64,000 nt of DNA from an uncultured delta proteobacterium (GCA_963704165.1 CAVPHD010000011.1:160001-224000), one strand, 5' to 3'; shown: positions 35,632 to 46,028, numbered from the stretch's first letter. Translations and numbers: made by a program. Notes: a model not told the origin generated them from the sequence alone.

Positions 35632-36776
35632 GGCTCCTTCGAGAAGACGATCGCACCGGTCGGAACCACGTTGCCGCTCGTGACCAGGCTATGCCGCACG
35701 TCGTCGACCTGCGTGGTGGAGCTGCCGCGAACCTGACGCACGCCCTCGACGAGCAGATTGAAGCCGTGTACGTACGCTTCGGACAAGCCGCCGCCGCTGG
35801 TGTTGTACGGCGGGTTCTTGCCCTCGGCCATGTAGGCGGGCGACTCGCCCTCGCCGCAGAACCCATACTCCTCGAAGCCGAGCGGAATCTGCGGCGTGAA
35901 CGCGTCGTAGATCTGCACCACGTCGATGTCGCGCGGCGTGAGGCCCGTATTCCTCCAGAGCTCGGGAGCGACCCAGCGCGACGGCGTCACGCCGAGCTTC
36001 TCGCCGTAGTAGAACGTCATCGCGGTCATCTGCGGTCCCGATCCCATCGCGAACCCGGTGACGTACGCGGGCGTCGCGCGCAGGTCGGCCGCCCGCTCGG
36101 CGCTCGTCAGCACCATCGCCATCGCACCGTCGGTCTCGAGGCAGCAGTCGAAGAGGCGCAGCGGATCCGCGACCATGCGGGAACCGAGGTAGTCCTCCAT
36201 GGTCAGCGGCTTCTGCATCATCGCCGCCGGGTTGCGCCGCGCGTGCTGGCGCTGCGTCACCGCGACGCGGCCGGTGACCTCGGGGGTCCATCCGTACTTG
36301 TGGATCCAGTAGCGCGCGTGGAGCGCCATTCCGTCGACGGGCCGGACGAGGCCGTAGGGGCGCTCGAACTGATCTTGACCGGTCGCGTGAAGCTGGCTCA
36401 GCCAGGGACGACCGCCCGAGCTGCGGTTGCGCGAACGCCAGACGACCACGACGTCCGCCATGCCGCTCTCGATCGCAAGCGACGCGAGCCCGATCGTCGG
36501 CGCGCCCGCGCCGCCTCCGTAGTCGATCTCGCCGAACATCCGGATGTTCTGGACACCGAGGATGCGGGCCATCTCCATCTCGGTGGTGCCCTCCCACACG
36601 AAACGGAACATGCCGTCGACGTCGTTCACCGTGAGTCCCGCGTCCGCGAGCGCGCCGAGGATCGCGAGCGCGCCGTTGCGTCGCTCGGTCGTGCCGATGT
36701 TCTTCGAGAACGGCAGCGCCGCGATTCCGACCACGGCCGCCTGCCGGTGTCGGGGTAGGTGGCTCGGGCGACTCAA
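35625..36776 (-). CDS. Ltp-type thiolase-fold aldolase
   Basis: LFDCCLETDGA, IYDAF, SEAYVHG. Confidence 0.85.
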   Translation of the reverse strand: MSRPSHLPRHRQAAVVGIAALPFSKNIGTTERRNGALAILGALADAGLTVNDVDGMFRFVWEGTTEMEMARILGVQNIRMFGEIDYGGGAGAPTIGLASLAIESGMADVVVVWRSRNRSSGGRPWLSQLHATGQDQFERPYGLVRPVDGMALHARYWIHKYGWTPEVTGRVAVTQRQHARRNPAAMMQKPLTMEDYLGSRMVADPLRLFDCCLETDGAMAMVLTSAERAADLRATPAYVTGFAMGSGPQMTAMTFYYGEKLGVTPSRWVAPELWRNTGLTPRDIDVVQIYDAFTPQIPLGFEEYGFCGEGESPAYMAEGKNPPYNTSGGGLSEAYVHGFNLLVEGVRQVRGSSTTQVDDVRHSLVTSGNVVPTGAIVFSKEPW

Positions 36777-36866
36777 GCTGCGACGCCTCGAACGCGCGAA
36801 CTCCGAGCGGGTGGCTTCGTCATCGAGCGGGATTCTGCCAGCTCGAGGCCGACCGGGGAAAGGCGG

Positions 36867-37826
36867 TCACGGACGGATCTCGTCGATCAGACCCCAACGC
36901 TTCGCTTTCGGCGCGTCGAGACGCTCGCCCGAGAGCGCGAGCCACGCCGTGCGCTGACGTCCGATCCGACGCGGCAGGCTGACCGTCCCCCCCGCGCCGG
37001 GCACGAGTCCCATCGAGAGCTCGGGAAGCTGGAAGAACGCACCCTCGTTCGCAACCACGCGGCCCGCGAACGCGGGCAGCTCGACCCCCGCTCCGACGCA
37101 GGCGCCGTGCAGCTCCGCGCGAACCCGATCCGCGCAGAGCGCCAGACTCCGGGCGGCGCTGCGCGCGCAGCGAACGGAGTGCGCGATGACGGGGTCGGGT
37201 CGCGTTCCGAACTCGTCGAGATCCCCGCCGCTGCAGAACGAGGGACCGACACCCGAGAGGATCACCTCGCGAATCGACCCGTCGCAGACCGCGAGCTGCA
37301 GTCCCTCGACCAGCGCGTCGCGCATCGCCGCCGAGAATGCGTTGCGCCGCGCGGGCCGGTTGAGCACGAGGCGCAGGACGTCGGAATCCCGCTGCACGGT
37401 GACGGCCGGCTCGCCCGCGTTCGGCGGAAGCGGCCGAACCTCACGACTCGCGCGCCAGCGCGCGAACTCGGAGCCGCTCTGCAGCATCGAGTACACCAGC
37501 GACTCGGCGACCAACCCATCGTAGAGATCGAGCCCGACGCCGAGGCGCAGAAGCTGGACCAGGGCCTGCGAAGCGAGCGGCGTACGCCGCACGGTCTCGA
37601 CGATCGGTGCGAGCTCGGCGCTCGACCCGACGACCACGTCGAAGCGGTCGACCAGCGCCGCGAGGGCGAACGGTCTCGGCTCGCCCGCGATCGCGACGGT
37701 CGGGCACGGCAGTCGGGCGATCGCGACGGCGGCCGCCTCGATCGCGACGCGAGAGAGCGGCGCGCCGGGTCGGTCGAGATCGACGATCAGGATCGGCGCT
37801 CCGCTCTGCGGCGAGAACGCCTCCAT
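36867..37826 (-). CDS. Enoyl-CoA hydratase/isomerase family protein (start uncertain)
   Basis: LNRPARRNA, FCSGGDL, LPELSMGLVPGAGG. Confidence 0.75.
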   Translation of the reverse strand: MEAFSPQSGAPILIVDLDRPGAPLSRVAIEAAAVAIARLPCPTVAIAGEPRPFALAALVDRFDVVVGSSAELAPIVETVRRTPLASQALVQLLRLGVGLDLYDGLVAESLVYSMLQSGSEFARWRASREVRPLPPNAGEPAVTVQRDSDVLRLVLNRPARRNAFSAAMRDALVEGLQLAVCDGSIREVILSGVGPSFCSGGDLDEFGTRPDPVIAHSVRCARSAARSLALCADRVRAELHGACVGAGVELPAFAGRVVANEGAFFQLPELSMGLVPGAGGTVSLPRRIGRQRTAWLALSGERLDAPKAKRWGLIDEIRP

Positions 37827-37894
37827 CGCATCGGGCGAGGCCAGTCGCTCGAGCGCCTCGCCGAGCGGCAGGATCGCGACTTCGCCCGCGGAAG

Positions 37895-39409
37895 CTACGA
37901 CGTCTCCTTCGCCGCGCGCGAAAGCTCGGATCGGATCTGACGACGCAGAAGCTTGCCCGTTTCGTTGTACGGGAGTTCGGGACGAAACTCGATTCGCTCC
38001 GGCGTCCGTGACGAACGCAGCCGCTCGCGCGCCCAGTCCTGCAGCTCGCTCTCGAGCACGGCGTGCCCCGGCTCGAGCACCACCGCAGCCGCGACCGCCT
38101 CGCCCCACTGCTCGCTCGGAATTCCGACGACGGCACAGTCGGCGACCGCGGGATGAGCCCGAAGGACGTCCTCGATCTCGCCCGGTGAGAGGTTCTCGCC
38201 GCCGCGCACGATCACGTCGTCGATGCGCCCCTCGACGAAGAGGTAGCCGTCTTCGTCGAGCCACCCGGCGTCGCGCGTCGGGAACCAGCCCTCGTCGTCG
38301 AGCCGCGAGCCGTGACCCAGGTATTCGCCGGAGACCTGTTCCCCGCGCACGAAGATCTCGCCGCGCGATGTCGGACCGACGGGCGTACCGGTCTCGTCGC
38401 GCACCATGAGCTCGACGCTCGGAAGCGCGCGTCCGACCGAGGTCAATCGCCGGCGGATCCGGGGATCGGCGCTCGACGCGGCTGCGCGGTGGTCGTCGGG
38501 ACCGAGCACGGTGATCGTCGAGCTCGTCTCCGTCAGCCCGTAGGCGTTGGTGAAGTCGCAGCCGGGCAGGAACTGCATCGCGCGCTCGATCACTTCGAGC
38601 GGCATCCGGCCACCGCCGTACGAGATCGCGCGCAGATCGGGAAGGGGCGAGCCTCCCTCGACCGAAAGCTGCTCGACGATTCGCGCGAGCATGGTCGGGA
38701 CCACGAACGCGCTCGTGATCCGCTCCTTCCGCGCCAGCTCGACCCAGCCCGCCGCGCTGAAGTTCGGCAGCTGTACGATCCGCCGGCCGGCATAGACCGA
38801 GCTCGCGATCGCCGCGATGCCGGCCACGTGGTACGGGGGCACGCTGACGAGGGTGGCGTCCTCGTCGCCGGCGGCACCGAACTCCACCGAGCCCAGGATG
38901 TAGGAGACCAGGTGCTTGTGTCGGAGCACGGCCGCCTTCGGCGCGCCGGTGGTTCCGCTCGTGAACAGAAGCACCGCGATCGCATCGGGATCGACGTCCC
39001 AGTCGCTCTCCCCCGGATCGCCCGCTCGCGCGACGCCGAGGAACGCGTCGCGCGCGAGCACGCGGCATTCGGCGAGCTCTGCAAAGGCCTTCGCGCGGTC
39101 CGGCTCGATCACGAGCTGACACGGCGAGACCTCGGCGAGAAGTCGATCGAGCTCGGCGCCGGTCAGCCGGTAGTTCAGCGGCACGAAGGGAACGCCGGCC
39201 CACGCGCTCGCGAACAGGCCGATCGGGAACGCGAGGCTGCTGGTGTCGAGCATCGCCAGCCGCGGGTGCCCCGATCGCGAGAGGTCGCGAGCCGCCGCGC
39301 CCGCGGCCCGAAACAGCTCGGCGTAGGTCAGCGAGACGCCCTCGCTCTGGATTGCGATCCGGTCGCCGAATCCCGAGGCGGCCATCTCGAGAAGCATCAT
39401 CAGATTCAT
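37895..39409 (-). CDS. AMP-binding acyl-CoA synthetase
   Basis: FTSGTTGAPK, YGLTE, RGGEN, GKL. Confidence 0.9.
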   Translation of the reverse strand: MNLMMLLEMAASGFGDRIAIQSEGVSLTYAELFRAAGAAARDLSRSGHPRLAMLDTSSLAFPIGLFASAWAGVPFVPLNYRLTGAELDRLLAEVSPCQLVIEPDRAKAFAELAECRVLARDAFLGVARAGDPGESDWDVDPDAIAVLLFTSGTTGAPKAAVLRHKHLVSYILGSVEFGAAGDEDATLVSVPPYHVAGIAAIASSVYAGRRIVQLPNFSAAGWVELARKERITSAFVVPTMLARIVEQLSVEGGSPLPDLRAISYGGGRMPLEVIERAMQFLPGCDFTNAYGLTETSSTITVLGPDDHRAAASSADPRIRRRLTSVGRALPSVELMVRDETGTPVGPTSRGEIFVRGEQVSGEYLGHGSRLDDEGWFPTRDAGWLDEDGYLFVEGRIDDVIVRGGENLSPGEIEDVLRAHPAVADCAVVGIPSEQWGEAVAAAVVLEPGHAVLESELQDWARERLRSSRTPERIEFRPELPYNETGKLLRRQIRSELSRAAKETS

Positions 39410-39412
39410 GGC

Positions 39413-39724
39413 TCAGTCCGACGAGGGGAGCGCCTTCGCTTCCTTCATCGCCAGCGGCGTTCCCCCGACGGCGAGCGAACCCTCGCCGGGCTTGGTGCAG
39501 AGCAGCTCGAGGTCGCCCGCGCCGTTCACGTAGCGCTTCCCGAGCAGCGTGCCGTTTCGCGCGTCCGGCGCGATCTCGAGTCCCGCGGGGCGCGGGGCCG
39601 CGGGGTCGAGCATCGGCGTACCGCCGCAGCGGATCTCGACCGGCGCCGCCGGCGCCTTCACGAGCATGACCTCGGTCGTGCAGACGGCGCTGCGCAATCG
39701 GCTTCCGGTCTTCAATGCTGCCAT
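39413..39724 (-). CDS. Small hypothetical protein with an internal repeat
   Basis: MAALKTGSRLRSAVC...LPSSD; ends 3 bp before the ligase start. Confidence 0.7.
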   Translation of the reverse strand: MAALKTGSRLRSAVCTTEVMLVKAPAAPVEIRCGGTPMLDPAAPRPAGLEIAPDARNGTLLGKRYVNGAGDLELLCTKPGEGSLAVGGTPLAMKEAKALPSSD

Positions 39725-39800
39725 CGGAACTTCCGCCTCACTCCAACCACCACGACCGACGCGTCTCGGCCGGCGCGGTACACGATACCATCTCCGCCCG

Positions 39801-41214
39801 ATGCTGATCACGCGCGTCGAGATCGAAGGCCGGACACCACTCGACGTCCGGCTCGCGAATTCCCGCGTCGCCGAGATCGGTCGCGATCTCGGACGCGAAC
39901 CCGGTGAGACATCGCTCGATGCAGCGGGTGGCGCGCTGCTCCCGGGTCTGCACGACCACCATCTGCATCTCTTCTCGCTCGCCGCGTCCGACGCCTCGGT
40001 TCGCTGCGGTCCACCCGAGGTGACCGACCTCGACGCGCTGGGGCGCGCGCTGCGCCGCGCGTCCGTCACCGGGGACGACGCGTGGATTCGCGGCATCGGC
40101 TACCACGAGTCGGTCGGTGGGGATCTCGATCGCGATCGGCTCGATCGGTGGGTGGCGGATCGCCCGCTGCGGATTCAGCAGCGCACGGGCGCGCTCTGGA
40201 TCGTCAACTCGCTCGGCGTCGAGCGGCTCGGACTCGAACGCGACGCGGGTCCACCCGGGATCGAACGCGATCCGTCGGGGCGGCCGACGGGAAGGCTCTT
40301 CCGGCTCGACGACTGGCTTCGCGAGAAGCTCGGGGATTCGCGTTGGCCGAGCCTTGCGCGAGTCAGTCGGCGCCTCGCGGCACGCGGCGTCACCGGGCTG
40401 ACCGACGCGACCGCGACGAACTCCGCCGAGGCGCTTCGAGCCTTCACGCGCGCCGTCGAGGCCGGCGAGCTCCGGCAACGGCTCGTCGTGATGGGCGACG
40501 CGGATCTCCCTTCCTCGTCGCACCCGGCCATCGAACGCGGCGCGCTGAAGCTCGTTCTCGACGAGCGCGAGCTCCCCGCTCTCGATCGACTGGTGATCGC
40601 GATCGGGGCCGCGCGCGACGCCGGACGATCGGTCGCGTTCCACTGCGTGACGCGAAGCGAGCTGGTCCTGGCGATCGGCGCGCTCACGTCCGCGGGTGCG
40701 CGCGCGGGCGATCGCATCGAGCACGCATCCGTCTGCCCGCCCGATGTGCTCGCGCTGCTCGCCGAGCCACCCGGTCACGGTCGTGACCCAACCCGGACTC
40801 GTCTTCGAGCGAGGCGACGTCTACCGCGTCGAGGTCGAGCCCGCCGATCGGCCGTGGCTGTACCGGCTGCGTGGATTCCTTTCGAATGGGGTGGCGCTCG
40901 GCGGCGGCACGGACGCGCCCTTCGGTGAACCGGACCCGTGGCGGGCGATGCAGGCCGCGGTGGACCGCCGCACCCGGGACGGCGCGTCGCTCGGACCCGA
41001 GGAGCGACTCAGCCCCGAGCAGGCCGTCGCGATGTTCACCTCACCCGCGTCGGCACCGGGCGCGCCGCCGCGCCGGATCGAGGTCGGCGCACGGGCCGAT
41101 CTCTGCCTGCTCGATCGTCCGTGGTCGGAGACGCGAGTGGACCTCGCCGGGGCTCGCGTCCTCGCGACGTTTCTCGACGGCGTTCCGATCTACGGCGCCG
41201 GAGCGCGAGGCTGA
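39801..41214 (+). CDS. Amidohydrolase family protein (YtcJ-like), frameshift near 40765
   Basis: PGLHDHHLH, RIEHAS, GTDAP, ADL. Confidence 0.8.
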
Positions 41215-41243
41215 TCCCCGGGACCCGGTGTCCCGAGCGGATG

Positions 41244-42021
41244 TCACGCGCGCGTCTTCGCCGCCGCGAGAAATGCCGGGCGCTCGCCGCCGCCGTGCAG
41301 CTCGAGCGTCGAGCCGGTCACGTAGCTCGCGAGCGGCGACGAGAGATAGAGGCAGGCGTCACCGACGTCCTCGGGCCGGCCGAGCCGGCCGAGCGGGACG
41401 GTCGCCGCGACCGCTTCGATGCCGCGGGCGTCGCCGTAGTGGAGATGCGCCTGCTCCGTCTCGATCATGCCGACGGTGATCGCGTTGACCCGCACCTTCG
41501 GCGCCCATTCCACCGCGAGCGTTCGGGTCAGGTTCAAGAGCCCCGCCTTGGCGGCGCCGTAGGCGGCCGTCCCGGGAGAGGGTCGCGTACCGCTGACGCT
41601 CGCGATGTTGATGATGCTGCCGCCCTCCTCCTGCTGCTGCATGACGGCGTTCACCTTCTGCGCGAAGTGGAGCGGCGCGATCAGGTTCAGCCGGATGATC
41701 GCCTCGGAGAACCGCGGCGATGCGGTGTCGGCCGCGGCGCTCGGCGATCCGCCGGCGTTGTTCACCAGCACGTCGATCCGGGCGAATCGCTCGAGCGAAG
41801 CGGCGATGACGCGATCGATCTCGTCGAGCTCGCGCACGTCGGCGCGCACGAAGAGCGCGCTCCGACCCTCGAACGACGGCAGCGCGTCGACCTCCTTGCG
41901 ACCGCAGACGACGACGTCTCGCGTTGGCTTCGAGGAAGCGCCGCGCGATGCCGCGACCGATTCCGCGCGTCCCGCCGGTCACGATCACGACCCGGCCCTT
42001 CATGTCGAGTGAATCCGCCAC
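41244..42021 (-). CDS. SDR oxidoreductase (Rv3549c-like), frameshift near 41920
   Basis: TGGTRGIG, NNAGGSP, PSPGTAAYGAAK. Confidence 0.8.
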
Positions 42022-42057
42022 GCTTCGCTCCCCGTCTGACTGTAGGCGTCGCCGCGA

Positions 42058-44082
42058 TCAGTCCGCCAGCGCTTCGGCCACCAGCTCCGCGATGTCCGCG
42101 GCCCGGATCGTTCCGGCGGGGTCGCGCGCACGCAGGCCATCCTCGAACATCTGCAGGCAGAACGGGCACGAGACGGCGGCGGTCGAGGCTCCGCTGGCCT
42201 TCACGTCCTCGATTCGCGTGTAGTTGATGCGCGTCTCCGGCGCGTCGTCCATCCACGCGTATCCGCCCCCGGCCCCGCAGCAGCGCGAGCGCGACCGGCC
42301 CGGCTCGATCTCCCGCAGGGCTCCGGGCCGGGACACGCCGGCGACGACGTCGCGCGGCGGTTCGTACACATCATTGTGGCGGCCGAGGTAGCACGGGTCG
42401 TGGTACGTGACCGACTCGAGCTCCCTGCGGAGCCGGAGCCGGCCCTGCTTCATCAGCTCGTCGATCAGGACGCTGTGGTGCACGACCTCGTAGCGGCCGT
42501 CGAAGTCGGGGTACTCGTTGCGCAGGGTGTTGAAGCAGTGGGGACACGTCGTGATGATCTTGCGCACGCCGTAGCGTTCGAAGGTCTCGATGTTGGCGCG
42601 GGCGCAGGTCTGGAAGCTCAGCTCGCCGCCGACCCGCCGCGCGGGATCCCCGCTGCACGATTCCTCCGCTCCGAGCACCGCGAAGTCGACCCCGCCCGCC
42701 TTCAACACGCGCGCCGTCGCGCGGGTGACGGCGATGTTGCGATCGATCATGGCGCCGGTGCAGCCCACCCAGAACAGGTACTCCGCGCGGTCGCCGCGTC
42801 CGAAGACCTTCAGGTCGAGATCGGCGAACCAGTGCTCCCGGTCCCGTCCGGATCCCGCCCACGGGTGCATGCGTTCGTCCATGCCCCGCAGCATCTGCTG
42901 GACCGGATCGGGCATCTTCGCTTCGCTCATGACCAGGTAGCGGCGCAGGTCGACGAGCTTCGGAACGTGCTCGATGAACACCGGGCACTCCGTCTGACAC
43001 GCGCCGCAGGTCCGGCAACCCCAGACCTCGACCTCGAGGACCGCCGGTGGCTCCGCGCCCGAGGCGCCATCCCCGAGAAGCGGAATCCCGTCGCCCGACC
43101 CGTCTCCGATCCGCTCGAGATGATTCTTGAGGTCGCGGATCAGCTTGCGCGGACTCAGCGGCACGCCGCTCGCGTGCGCCGGGCAGACCGATTCGCAGCG
43201 GCCGCAGTTGGTGCAGGAGTCGAGGTCGAGCAGATCCTTCCAGCTGAAGCCCTCGATGCGTCCGACGCCGAGCGAGACCTCGCTCTCCGGATCCGCATCG
43301 AGCGCGGCCTCGATGTCGAAGTGCTCGAGCTTTCCCGACGGTGCGAGATTGCGCGTGAAGACGTTGGCGAGTCCGAAGGCGATGTGGTCGAGCTTTCCGT
43401 AGGCGACCCAGCCGATGAAGCCGAACGCGGTCAGCGCGTGAAACCACCACATCCAGCGATGCAGCACGAGCAGGGTCGCGTCACCGAGCGGCTGCAGCGC
43501 CAGGGCGATCGCATGCCCGCCCGGCGACCAGAGCGCGAGCTCCGGCTGCTCGCGCAGCTCGCTGGCCGCGATTCGCAGCCCCTCGACGGCGAAGCCCTGC
43601 ACGAAGACGAGCGCGAGCAAGGCCAGCGCGATCCAGTCGTCGAGCACGGTGTGCAGGTGCGCGGGTCGGCTGAAGGCGCGCCGCCACGCGGCCATCGCGA
43701 TTCCAACGAGCCCCGCGATTCCGAACAGGTCGGCGAAGAGCGAGTAGCCGAGGTAGAACGAGCCGCGCAGGAAGTGCACGCCGCTCCAGTCCTGAATCGA
43801 GATCAGCGACGTCGCGACGAGCTCTCCGCAGAACCCGTAGAAGATCAGCATGTGCGCCGTGCCCGCGACCGGATCGCGGAGCTGTCGGCGGCCGCTCAGC
43901 ACCTGCACGACCAATCCACGCAGGCGCTCGATCGGCCGGTCGTGGCGGTGCAGCGGCCGGCCGATCCGCCACAACCGCTGGCGACGGACGAGCCCGCGCA
44001 CGAAGAGCGCGAGCGCCAGAAGCGCGAACGGATAGATCAGCGCCTCGCCGACGACGTTCCAGTAGATCTCACGCGTGGGCAA
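42058..44082 (-). CDS. Membrane Fe-S oxidoreductase, FadF/EtfD/EMO type
   Basis: Transmembrane N-terminus with His residues, CTNCGRCESVCP, CRTCGACQTECP, CPHC, YHDPC, CCG, CPFC. Confidence 0.85.
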   Translation of the reverse strand: MPTREIYWNVVGEALIYPFALLALALFVRGLVRRQRLWRIGRPLHRHDRPIERLRGLVVQVLSGRRQLRDPVAGTAHMLIFYGFCGELVATSLISIQDWSGVHFLRGSFYLGYSLFADLFGIAGLVGIAMAAWRRAFSRPAHLHTVLDDWIALALLALVFVQGFAVEGLRIAASELREQPELALWSPGGHAIALALQPLGDATLLVLHRWMWWFHALTAFGFIGWVAYGKLDHIAFGLANVFTRNLAPSGKLEHFDIEAALDADPESEVSLGVGRIEGFSWKDLLDLDSCTNCGRCESVCPAHASGVPLSPRKLIRDLKNHLERIGDGSGDGIPLLGDGASGAEPPAVLEVEVWGCRTCGACQTECPVFIEHVPKLVDLRRYLVMSEAKMPDPVQQMLRGMDERMHPWAGSGRDREHWFADLDLKVFGRGDRAEYLFWVGCTGAMIDRNIAVTRATARVLKAGGVDFAVLGAEESCSGDPARRVGGELSFQTCARANIETFERYGVRKIITTCPHCFNTLRNEYPDFDGRYEVVHHSVLIDELMKQGRLRLRRELESVTYHDPCYLGRHNDVYEPPRDVVAGVSRPGALREIEPGRSRSRCCGAGGGYAWMDDAPETRINYTRIEDVKASGASTAAVSCPFCLQMFEDGLRARDPAGTIRAADIAELVAEALAD

Positions 44083-44124
44083 CGCGACTCCGTTCCTTCG
44101 CCCGAGCGGGCGGACGAGCTTCGG

Positions 44125-44152
44125 TTGACTTCGACTGACTCATGAGTAAGCT
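44125..44152 (+). promoter_or_regulatory. Promoter TTGACT-16-TAAGCT containing operator CTGACTCATGAGTAAG
   Basis: Same layout as the tetR promoter at 6817-6844. Confidence 0.75.
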
Positions 44153-44211
44153 AGGCCCGTGAGGGTACGGGATCCGGCCGACATCGACGAGCCCACCCGC
44201 GGCGGACCCTG

Positions 44212-44799
44212 ATGGCGATCACCCTGAAGGAGTCCTTCGAGGTCGGCGCCGCGATCGACGACGTCTGGCGCTTCATGCTCGATCCGCGCTCGGTCGCCGG
44301 CTGTCTCCCGGGCGCGACCCTCGAGGAGACCGGCGACGAGCGCACGTTCGACGGGACCGTGAAGATCCGCGTCGGGGCGATCACGGCGAGCTACCGCGGA
44401 CAGGTGCGGCTGACGCGCGTCGATCCGCAGACGCACGAGGTCGAGATGCTCGCGGAGGGACGCGAGACCGGCGGCGGCACCGCGCGCGGCACCATCTCGA
44501 GTCGGCTTCGCGTCCGACCGGAGGGCGGTACGGAAGTCCTGACCGAAGCGAACGTCGATCTCTCGGGCCGCATCGTGCAGGTCGGACGCGGAATGATCGA
44601 AGGCGTCGCGCGACAGCTCTTCGTCGAATTCTCGTCGCGCGTCCGCGAGCGCCTCGAGTCGAACCTTGCCGACGCACCCCCGTCGGAAGTCGCCGCCCCG
44701 CGCGACGATTCGGTTCGGATCCTCCCGCTGATCCTGCGCGCGATCTGGGAGCGGATCGTCCGCCTGTTTCGGGGCGGTCCGCGGAGCGCAAAGAAATGA
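44212..44799 (+). CDS. CoxG-like SRPBCC protein
   Basis: VAGCLPGA, VKIRVGAI, LSGRIVQVGRGMI. Confidence 0.85.
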   Translation: MAITLKESFEVGAAIDDVWRFMLDPRSVAGCLPGATLEETGDERTFDGTVKIRVGAITASYRGQVRLTRVDPQTHEVEMLAEGRETGGGTARGTISSRLRVRPEGGTEVLTEANVDLSGRIVQVGRGMIEGVARQLFVEFSSRVRERLESNLADAPPSEVAAPRDDSVRILPLILRAIWERIVRLFRGGPRSAKK

Positions 44800-46007
44800 A
44801 CGCCGCGCTCGGAGGTCTGGTCGTGATCGACCTGACGACCGAGTTCTGGTCGTCGCTCGGCGCCGCGATGCTCGGCGACTTCGGCGCCGACGTGATCCGC
44901 ATCGAGAGCGGACGCGAGCCGCTGGCCCCGCCACCCGATCCCGACGAACGAGCCTCGTGGAGCTATCGCCTCGAACTCGCCAACCGAAACAAGCGCAGCG
45001 TCGCGCTCGACCTCGCGCGCCCCGAGGGCCGCACGCTTCTGCGCGAGCTCATCGCGAAGGCGGACGTCTTCGTCTGCGATTGGCCGCGCGTGGACGTCGA
45101 CGAAGGCGGCTGGGACTACGAGAACCTCGCGCGGACGAAGCCCGGCCTGATCTACGTTCGCGCGACCGGCTTCGGACCGGAGGGTCCCGACCGCGACCTT
45201 CCCGCGCTCGACGAGCTCGCCGCCGCGCGCACCGGAATGATGCCGATCCTGCCGCAGCCCGGTCAGCCTCCCGTCCATTCGGGAAGCGGGCAGATGTACA
45301 CGACGGTGATGCTCGCGTTCGGCGTTCTGACGGCGCTGCACCACCGCGAGGAATCCGGCGAGGGTCAGCTCGTGGACGTCTCGCTCTACGCCGGAAACAT
45401 GTACGGCGCCGCACTCGACATCCAGGCGTTCCTGGCCATGGGCGCGGCCGCGGGCGAGCGCTTGCTGCATCCGGTTTCGCGCCACGACTCCGGCAATCCG
45501 ATGAGCGGAAGCAGCATGCTCTATCCGACGCGCGACGGGCGCTGGCTCACGCTGACCATGCCCGACACCGATCGCTGGTGGCCGGGACTCGCCGCCGCGG
45601 TCGGCCTCGATCCGAAGGATCCGCGCTTCGACAGTCACGAGAAGCGCTGCGAGCAGAACCGTCTCGAACTGATCCACGTGCTCGAGCAGGCGTTCCTGCA
45701 GCACGACGGCGATCACTGGCGCGCGGCCTTCGCCGAGCACCAGCTATCGGCCGACGTGATCGAGGACTACGCGTTCCCCGCCGACGATCCCCAGGCCGAG
45801 CGCAATCGCTACATCCTGAACCTCTGCGACCCGAGCCTCGGCGCCGTTCAGACGCTGGGGTTTCCGATCTTCATGAGCGAGACGCCGGCGCGCCTTGCCC
45901 GGAGCGCGCCCTGCGCCGGACAACACGGCGCCGAGATCCTCCACGACCTGCTCGGCTACACCGAAGAGCGTATCGTCGAGCTGGCGTCCAGCGGAATTCT
46001 CGGCTGA
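44796..46007 (+). CDS. Family III CoA-transferase subunit (catalytic Asp apparently absent)
   Basis: NRNKRS; GSGQMYTT at the Asp position. Confidence 0.85.
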   Translation: MNAALGGLVVIDLTTEFWSSLGAAMLGDFGADVIRIESGREPLAPPPDPDERASWSYRLELANRNKRSVALDLARPEGRTLLRELIAKADVFVCDWPRVDVDEGGWDYENLARTKPGLIYVRATGFGPEGPDRDLPALDELAAARTGMMPILPQPGQPPVHSGSGQMYTTVMLAFGVLTALHHREESGEGQLVDVSLYAGNMYGAALDIQAFLAMGAAAGERLLHPVSRHDSGNPMSGSSMLYPTRDGRWLTLTMPDTDRWWPGLAAAVGLDPKDPRFDSHEKRCEQNRLELIHVLEQAFLQHDGDHWRAAFAEHQLSADVIEDYAFPADDPQAERNRYILNLCDPSLGAVQTLGFPIFMSETPARLARSAPCAGQHGAEILHDLLGYTEERIVELASSGILG

Positions 46008-46028
46008 GAGGACAAGGACGGGACCCCG

